Assembly (NCBI GenBank): GCA_049970495.1
Contig: JBMFMV010000055.1
Coordinates: 1 to 12,574 of the forward strand
Direction: 5' to 3'
DNA length: 12,574 nt
Source of the DNA: a bacterium
GTDB taxonomy: Bacteria; DUMJ01
Shown here: piece after piece, positions 7,590 to 12,574 of the stretch
Position numbering within the stretch: the first letter of the stretch is position 1
How the letters are laid out: each line of letters opens with the position of its first letter
Notes under the pieces: model-generated
The model's input: the letters and a program-made list of their open reading frames with translations, nothing else
Told to the model about the DNA's origin: nothing
Databases searched by the model: none
Translations under genes and position numbers: made by a program

Positions 7590-8237
7590 ATGGAGGAACA
7601 AGTAAGAACAGTTGCTTTACCAAGACTAAATGAGCCAGCTCCAGATTTTGAAGCGGTAACCACTCATGGAAAAATAAAATTGTCAGATTATAGGGGTAAG
7701 TGGGTAATATTATTCTCTCATCCTGCAGACTTTACTCCGGTTTGTACAACTGAGTTTGTTGCCTTTAGTAAAGCCTATGACGAGTTTGTAAAGAGAAATA
7801 CTCAACTGATAGGACTTAGCATAGATAGCATATTTTCCCATCTAGCATGGACAAGAAATATAGAGAAAAATTTTGGTATAAAAGTCCCATTTCCAATTAT
7901 TGCAGACCTAGATATGAAGGTAGCCACTCTCTATGGGATGGTTCATCCTCAGGCAAGTAGTACTCAAGCAGTAAGAGCAGTATTCATTATAGACGATAAA
8001 GGTATTCTAAGGGCTATGATCTATTATCCCCTAACTAATGGTAGAAATATCGAAGAGATCATAAGACTCTTAGATGCCTTACAGACAAGTGATAAATATG
8101 GAGTAGCTACACCAGCTAACTGGATACCAGGAGAAAAGGTAATAGTACCTCCACCAAATACTCAGGAAGCCCTTGAAAAGAGATTAACAGAGGGCTATGA
8201 ATGCGTAGACTGGTATCTATGTTTTAAGAATATCTAA
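7590..8237 (+). CDS. Peroxiredoxin, Prx6 subfamily (archaeal/thermophile TDXH type)
   Basis: FSHPADFTPVCTTE peroxidatic motif, YYPLTNGRNIEEI, TPANW.PG and C-terminal ECVDWYLC Cys pair. SD AGGAGG at 7577-7582. Confidence 0.95.
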   Translation: MEEQVRTVALPRLNEPAPDFEAVTTHGKIKLSDYRGKWVILFSHPADFTPVCTTEFVAFSKAYDEFVKRNTQLIGLSIDSIFSHLAWTRNIEKNFGIKVPFPIIADLDMKVATLYGMVHPQASSTQAVRAVFIIDDKGILRAMIYYPLTNGRNIEEIIRLLDALQTSDKYGVATPANWIPGEKVIVPPPNTQEALEKRLTEGYECVDWYLCFKNI

Positions 8238-8281
8238 GATTACCCTAATACCTCTCCTTTCTACCTCCTATCTTATCTTTT

Positions 8282-8319
8282 ACCGGGTAACAAGATTTGT
8301 TACCCGGTTCTTAATTTTT
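8282..8319 (+). terminator. Intrinsic terminator after peroxiredoxin
   Basis: ACCGGGTAACAA-GAT-TTGTTACCCGGT 12-bp perfect stem followed by T-rich TCTTAATTTTT. Confidence 0.75.
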
Positions 8320-8325
8320 CGGCTG

Positions 8326-8354
8326 TTGAAGATTTAAAATTCGTATGGTAAAAT
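8326..8354 (+). promoter_or_regulatory. Promoter of the tRNA pair
   Basis: TTGAAG (8326-8331), 17 bp, TAAAAT (8349-8354) with TG at 8346-8347, just upstream of the first tRNA. Confidence 0.7.
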
Positions 8355-8362
8355 ATAGTTGT

Positions 8363-8439
8363 GCGCCCGTAGCTCAATTGGATAGAGCAGCAGACTACGA
8401 ATCTGCGGGTTGAGGGTTCGAATCCTTTCGGGCGCGCCA
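8363..8439 (+). tRNA. tRNA-Arg(ACG)
   Basis: Acceptor GCGCCCG/CGGGCGC, D arm GCTC..GAGC with A20, anticodon arm GCAGA-CTACGAA-TCTGC (ACG 8397-8399), TTCGAAT loop, encoded CCA. 77 nt. Confidence 0.97.
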
Positions 8440-8442
8440 TGC

Positions 8443-8518
8443 GCCCCAGTAGCTCAATGGACAGAGCAGGGGACTCCTAAGCCTCTGGTTGGGGGTTCGA
8501 TTCCCTCCTGGGGCGCCA
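8443..8518 (+). tRNA. tRNA-Arg(CCT)
   Basis: Acceptor GCCCCAG/CTGGGGC, D arm GCTC..GAGC, anticodon loop CTCCTAA (CCT 8476-8478), GGGGG-TTCGATT-CCCTC, encoded CCA. 76 nt. Confidence 0.95.
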
Positions 8519-8648
8519 GTTTATTTATAAACCAAAAAGTTGAGGCTTTTATACACTTTAAAGAAATGGAATCTCTCTATACTCTACAAATCACATTCTA
8601 TCTCTTCTTTTAAAGTAATATAAACTGCAAAAAACGGATGGTGAAAAG

Positions 8649-8714
8649 ATGGAAGTCGCAAAAACCTTATCTAAAAGGTAAATTATCATATATATCGAAA
8701 TCTAGATAGAGTTA
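8649..8714 (+). pseudogene. Relic of an AbrB/MazE/SpoVT-family DNA-binding protein (antitoxin-like) N-terminus
   Basis: GGATGGTGA SD-like sequence, then MEVAKTLSKR*IIIYIEI*IEL, which aligns without gaps to the family pattern MExAKVTSKGQITIPxEIRxxL. In-frame stops at 8679 and 8703. Confidence 0.55.
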
Positions 8715-8798
8715 CACTTTTTTGTTCCCTTGAAACAAATCTACTATGTATGCTAATATAGTTTTTGATACTTTTTATTATAAAAGAGGAGATATTAT

Positions 8799-9671
8799 AT
8801 GCGTTTTAAGTTGATAATAAATCCGATAGCGGGTGGAAGAAAGGGAAAGTCTCTTACTGAGAAGATATTAAAGAGATTAAGATCTTGGGGAATCTCTTTT
8901 GACCATGAGTTTTCTAGATATATAGGTCATGCCACTGAGATAGCTAGACAATCGGTAAAAAGGTTTGATGCGATTGTTGCAGTTGGTGGGGACGGGACAG
9001 TAAATGAGGTTGTAAACGGGATATTCGGTTATAATATCCCATTAGGGATTCTCCCTGTAGGAAGGGGAAATGACTTTTTTAAGAGTATTAATACATCTAG
9101 ACTACTAGATGTAATTATCAAGCCATTCATCGAGACTCCAAAGATAAAGTTGGCTGATGTTGGCAGAATGAATAATAGATACTTTATAAATGTTGCCGGG
9201 GTAGGTTTTGATGCCCTAGTGGCAACAATAGCTGAGCCAATAAGATTCTTAGGTCCCATTGCATATCTAGGATCTACACTTATAGGACTGATAAAAAACA
9301 AGGGGATAAAACTCCATCTAAATATTGATGGAGAAAGGATAGACCTTAATGCTCTTTTAGTAGCTATAGCAAATGGTAAATACTTTGGTGGAGGGATGAA
9401 AATAGCCCCGGAAGCAAGTCCTTGGGACGGTAAACTTGATGTATGTCTCATAGAAAATATTCCTAGGTTGGAGATACTGAAAACTTTACCAAAAGTCTAT
9501 AGCGGTGAACATATACATCATCCAAAGGTGAATATATTAAAGGCAGAATACGTAGAAGTGTCATCTTCTGAGAAGATCCCTGCAGAGATGGATGGAGAAG
9601 TCTTCTATGCAGACAAAATAGTGGCAGAAGTAGTTCCTAAAAGTATACCCCTCATATTAAGCCAAACATAA
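8799..9671 (+). CDS. Soluble diacylglycerol/lipid kinase family protein (DagK/YegS/BmrU)
   Basis: NPIAG, GGDGTVNEVVNG, LPVGRGNDF, GVGFDA, NGKYFGGG, DGKLDV, DGE. SD GAGGAG 8786-8791. Promoter-like TTGAAA (8730-8735) / TGnTAATAT (8751-8759). Confidence 0.93.
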   Translation: MRFKLIINPIAGGRKGKSLTEKILKRLRSWGISFDHEFSRYIGHATEIARQSVKRFDAIVAVGGDGTVNEVVNGIFGYNIPLGILPVGRGNDFFKSINTSRLLDVIIKPFIETPKIKLADVGRMNNRYFINVAGVGFDALVATIAEPIRFLGPIAYLGSTLIGLIKNKGIKLHLNIDGERIDLNALLVAIANGKYFGGGMKIAPEASPWDGKLDVCLIENIPRLEILKTLPKVYSGEHIHHPKVNILKAEYVEVSSSEKIPAEMDGEVFYADKIVAEVVPKSIPLILSQT

Positions 9672-9684
9672 AATTATGCAATAA

Positions 9685-9714
9685 TTGACAAAGATTGTAT
9701 CCGTGTGATAAACT
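9685..9714 (+). promoter_or_regulatory. Sigma70 promoter of the small envelope protein
   Basis: TTGACA (9685-9690), 18 bp, TAAACT (9709-9714) with extended TG at 9706-9707. Confidence 0.65.
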
Positions 9715-9755
9715 GATTGCAGGAAATCGATTTAAAAGAAAGGAGGTGACAAAAG

Positions 9756-10088
9756 ATGAAAGGCTTAATAACTAAACTAGCATTAGTAGTTATCTTAATT
9801 TTTGCCTTCCAGGCAGTTACTGGGACATTTGCTATGGCAGCTGAGGCTCAGCAAGCTAAAAAGATGGATCCGGTAATAGCAGCTATAGCATCTCTAATAA
9901 TTCCTGGGTTAGGACAGTATCTCCTTGGAGACCAGAGCAAGGGTTTAACTCATCTCCTAATAGACATAGGGATCTGGGTGGTTAGTATAGTCCTTTCTTT
10001 TGTAGGTATTGGTCTTATTACCTGGGTACTAGCACCTCTATGGTCAATCTACTCTGCCTATGATGCCTATAAAATGGCTTCAAAGTAG
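9756..10088 (+). CDS. Small exported hydrophobic protein with TM2-like domain
   Basis: Signal peptide ending AMA-A, then KKMDPVIAAIASLIIPGLGQYLLGDQSKG and WSIYSAYDAY, a TM2-like pattern. Very strong SD AAGGAGGTGA at 9740-9749. Confidence 0.8.
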   Translation: MKGLITKLALVVILIFAFQAVTGTFAMAAEAQQAKKMDPVIAAIASLIIPGLGQYLLGDQSKGLTHLLIDIGIWVVSIVLSFVGIGLITWVLAPLWSIYSAYDAYKMASK

Positions 10089-10093
10089 GTTGA

Positions 10094-10450
10094 TTAATAG
10101 GTGAGGGCATCCAAATTTGCCCTCCCCTCTATTTTTATAACTATTCTATTTGGAACACATATTATAACCTGACATGGCTTACTTATATATCCTTCTTTTA
10201 CACATAACTTATCTGGACAAGGTGATGAAAGCATCCTTACCTTATTATCTTTTATTTCTATTATGCTCGTTCCAAGAGGTCCAGAAACTTTAACTATTCT
10301 ATTCTGGCTAATTGGTAAACGCAGAAAATCCCTCCCATTTACCTGTATAAGAACAATTTCTCCTCTAGAACTATTAATTCTAGAGAATAGATAAACTATA
10401 AAGATTATAAAGAATATGATAGAAAAAACCCAAAAATCTTTTCTATTCAT
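10094..10450 (-). CDS. NusG domain II / DUF1312 membrane-anchored extracytoplasmic protein (EetA-like)
   Basis: N-terminal TM helix, GPLGTSIIEIKDNKVRM, SPCPDKLCVKEGYI and IICVPNRIVIKI are family motifs. Confidence 0.88.
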   Translation of the reverse strand: MNRKDFWVFSIIFFIIFIVYLFSRINSSRGEIVLIQVNGRDFLRLPISQNRIVKVSGPLGTSIIEIKDNKVRMLSSPCPDKLCVKEGYISKPCQVIICVPNRIVIKIEGRANLDALTY

Positions 10451-10458
10451 ATACCAAT

Positions 10459-10486
10459 AAAAAAGCCCCCGGAAAGCCCGGGGGCT
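10459..10486 (-). terminator. Intrinsic terminator of the large envelope-protein gene
   Basis: Minus strand AGCCCCCGG-GCTTT-CCGGGGGCT running into a T-tract (10464-10459), 14 nt after the stop at 10501. Confidence 0.9.
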
Positions 10487-10500
10487 AGGATATCGGTCAA

Positions 10501-12574
10501 TTAGAAGGATACTGCTAGGGTAGTAGCTAAGACGTTAGCGTCTTTTCCGTCTTTATCTATAACATGTTTTAGGTCGAGAGTTAAATTAGCATTATCACTC
10601 CACTTATAGGTATATTTGACTCCTGCAGACCAAGAAATCTTATTATCAGAGTAGTTTACATATTTTCCATAAAGTGAAACTGCATCAGTTAGCTTGACAG
10701 AGCCATCTACAAAGAACTGGGTCTTTGGGGTATCTGGGTTCTGGTCAAACTGAGCCTTTAGAGTTAAGAAGTTAGCAAATGTGTATTCTGGCATAAATAG
10801 ACCATACTTAAAGCCTGTAGACGTAGCGCTAGGATTGTAGTAAGCTACTAACTTAGGTAGATTAGACATAGCTATCTCTGCAGCTAATCCATTCCAGGTG
10901 CTAGCATCAACATCATACTTGGTTGCAAGCTTAAGCCAGCTAAATGGGGCTATAGAAGCTTCTAAGAGGTCGCCAGTATTTGTAGGATCTATATTGTCTG
11001 TAGTAGATGTATACTGCAAAGCCAAATTACCTGTCTTAAGTCCAATACCATACCCAGTCTTTACTTTAGAAGTAGTACTCTTCTCTTGTTCATAAGCATA
11101 TCCGCCTTGAACAGTGAATCCTCCTAGATTTGCAGTAACACCGGCATTGTATCCAGTTCTACCTGAAGTGTAGGAACCCCATGTTGCAGAGTAATCAGTT
11201 CCAACATCCATATAACCAGCCTTTAGTGTAATCAAGGTTCCAACAGGGATACTTACTGTAAGCTTCATAGCATCTGCATCTGTGCCAAGAGGAGTAAATG
11301 TTCTATCCATAGATAATGCATATTCTGCACCGACTGTTATATTTCCTAGCTTCATTGTCAGGTCTGAACCAGCTACGATCTCATTGGTCTTTTCCTTAAC
11401 AACATTGATGTTAAGTGTAAGAGGTTCTCCAAACTTCATAGAAATTCTATTAGCCCAGATTGGTGCAATATCAGAGGGATTCCAATTGCCTCCTGAGTAG
11501 TACACACCATTACCATATACATCACTATTATCCCCAGCAGTGTTAGTCATATTAGGATTAAGGAAGACATGTGCCATATGTACAGAGATTTTATCAGAAA
11601 CTTTATAAGTCAAAGCCAAACCTCTATTAGTTATCTCTGTTGCTCCATCCTTAGCTATAAATAGCATGCTCTTAGCTAAAGTAAATGGTGTATATTCAAA
11701 TGCGGTTAGATTTCCACCCTCAGCAGTTACTTTTCCGTTTTCAGCATAGGCTTTAAAACTAGATACCGCCAAACTTCCACTAGGTAAACTTGTATAGAAG
11801 TCTGAAATGTCACTGTCTATACTAGAACTGAGAGTAATCTCTCCATATATCTTATCGCTTCCACTATTACTAGGAACATTAATCTTAAGTGTTAAATGGC
11901 CGGAAGCTGTCATACCGGTAGCTGGAAGGCCTGCAAAATTATCTGGGTTAGCTGATGCCCCATAGGAGACCTGAGTAAGCAATCCACTTATTGGAGATTC
12001 AAGGTTACTCACTCCAGTTAGAGCTGTATTAGCTAAGAAGTTACTTGTATCTGTAGCAGGAGCTGGCTCTTCAGTAGCCTCTCCTAACTTATACTTAGTC
12101 TTTACTGTGACGTTTGTAGTTACAGAGGTTACTGCCTTCTTCTCTAGAGCAGATACTTTAGATTCTAGCTCTGCTACTTTTTCTGGAGCTGCAACTTTCT
12201 TTTCTAGTTCAGCAACCTTGGCTGCAAGTTCGGCTACTTTCTCGGGTGTTACAAGACTAATCTTTGTCATAGCATCTTCAAGAGCAGCTACTCTATCTTT
12301 GAGGTCACTAACATTGGCACCTATAGCCTCTAACTGATCGGATAGATCAGCAACTAGAGACTTAAGGGCATCAAAGTCATCGGTAGTTATATAATTAGCA
12401 AGGTCTTCAAACGTCACATAGTCGGCTAAAACGTCAACAGTCACATAGTTAGCAAGATCATCAAAGGTTACATAATCTGCCAAAGTATCAAATGTTACAT
12501 AGTCGGCTAGCTGGTCTACTGTTACATAGTCGGCTAGCTGATCTACTGTCACATAGTCGGCTAGCTGATCTACT
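10501..12574 (-). CDS. 5'-truncated large cell-envelope protein: nonad-repeat stalk + coiled coil + beta-barrel-like C-terminal region (OmpM/SlpA-like outer-membrane or S-layer protein)
   Basis: The frame is open to the window edge; GTG 12552 is a Val within a repeat. LADYVTxDx repeats, heptad KVAELxx coiled coil, many Gly/Tyr amphipathic strands (GYNAGVTANLGGFTVQGGYAY, WSAGVKYTY), and terminal LATTLAVSF resembling a BAM beta-signal. Confidence 0.8.
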   Translation of the reverse strand, partial: VDQLADYVTVDQLADYVTVDQLADYVTFDTLADYVTFDDLANYVTVDVLADYVTFEDLANYITTDDFDALKSLVADLSDQLEAIGANVSDLKDRVAALEDAMTKISLVTPEKVAELAAKVAELEKKVAAPEKVAELESKVSALEKKAVTSVTTNVTVKTKYKLGEATEEPAPATDTSNFLANTALTGVSNLESPISGLLTQVSYGASANPDNFAGLPATGMTASGHLTLKINVPSNSGSDKIYGEITLSSSIDSDISDFYTSLPSGSLAVSSFKAYAENGKVTAEGGNLTAFEYTPFTLAKSMLFIAKDGATEITNRGLALTYKVSDKISVHMAHVFLNPNMTNTAGDNSDVYGNGVYYSGGNWNPSDIAPIWANRISMKFGEPLTLNINVVKEKTNEIVAGSDLTMKLGNITVGAEYALSMDRTFTPLGTDADAMKLTVSIPVGTLITLKAGYMDVGTDYSATWGSYTSGRTGYNAGVTANLGGFTVQGGYAYEQEKSTTSKVKTGYGIGLKTGNLALQYTSTTDNIDPTNTGDLLEASIAPFSWLKLATKYDVDASTWNGLAAEIAMSNLPKLVAYYNPSATSTGFKYGLFMPEYTFANFLTLKAQFDQNPDTPKTQFFVDGSVKLTDAVSLYGKYVNYSDNKISWSAGVKYTYKWSDNANLTLDLKHVIDKDGKDANVLATTLAVSF
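12130..12246 (-). repeat. Two-copy ~60-bp (20 aa) coiled-coil duplication
   Basis: PEKVAELAAKVAELEKKVAA / PEKVAELESKVSALEKKAV. Confidence 0.85.
12364..12574 (-). repeat. Coding 27-bp tandem repeat (at least 7 units plus a partial one), running off the window
   Basis: (VT)VDQLADY x3, VTFDTLADY, VTFDDLANY, VTVDVLADY, VTFEDLANY, ITTDDFDAL. The three outermost units are nearly identical in DNA (ACATAGTCGGCTAGCTG at a 27-nt period). Confidence 0.97.

Noticed and set aside
8410..8613. 67-aa plus ORF
   Set aside because: Overlaps two tRNA genes.
8625..8718. c-di-GMP-I riboswitch-like words (GCAAA, GAAA, GTCGCAAA, TCTAA)
   Set aside because: No pairing stem around the GAAA. The AbrB-relic reading explains the stretch better.
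9029..9451. 140-aa minus ORF
   Set aside because: Antisense shadow of the lipid kinase.
10898..12337. Three plus-strand ORFs of 65-76 aa
   Set aside because: Antisense shadows of the envelope protein.
12364..12574. CRISPR array interpretation of the 27-bp repeats
   Set aside because: Units are contiguous with no spacers, in frame, and vary at codon third positions.

Overview
AT-rich bacterial chromosomal window with strong SD sequences and heavy AGA/AGG/ATA codon use. The gene content suggests an anaerobic, probably thermophilic diderm, possibly Dictyoglomota-like (inference only). In order it holds: an MFS transporter coupled to a PHP-domain metallohydrolase, a GTAG-REP-like hairpin, a nitroreductase, an unannotated ~46-aa membrane ORF, a secreted 2xIg + clostripain (C11) protease, gmhA, a GH5 endoglucanase, a broken gene behind a consensus promoter, a Prx6 peroxiredoxin, two tRNA-Arg genes (ACG, CCT), an AbrB/MazE-like relic, a DagK/YegS-family kinase, a small TM2/P13-like envelope protein, a NusG-II/DUF1312 protein, and the 3' part of a large OmpM/SlpA-like envelope protein. 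That last protein has a 27-bp (9-aa) tandem-repeat stalk, a coiled coil and a beta-barrel-like C-terminus ending in Phe. No intact mobile element, CRISPR array or defence system is visible, and I cannot claim a clearly new multi-gene system. The best leads are the repeat-expanded envelope tether, the P13/TM2-like protein, the solo REP-like element, the small protein and three decayed genes missing from the ORF track.
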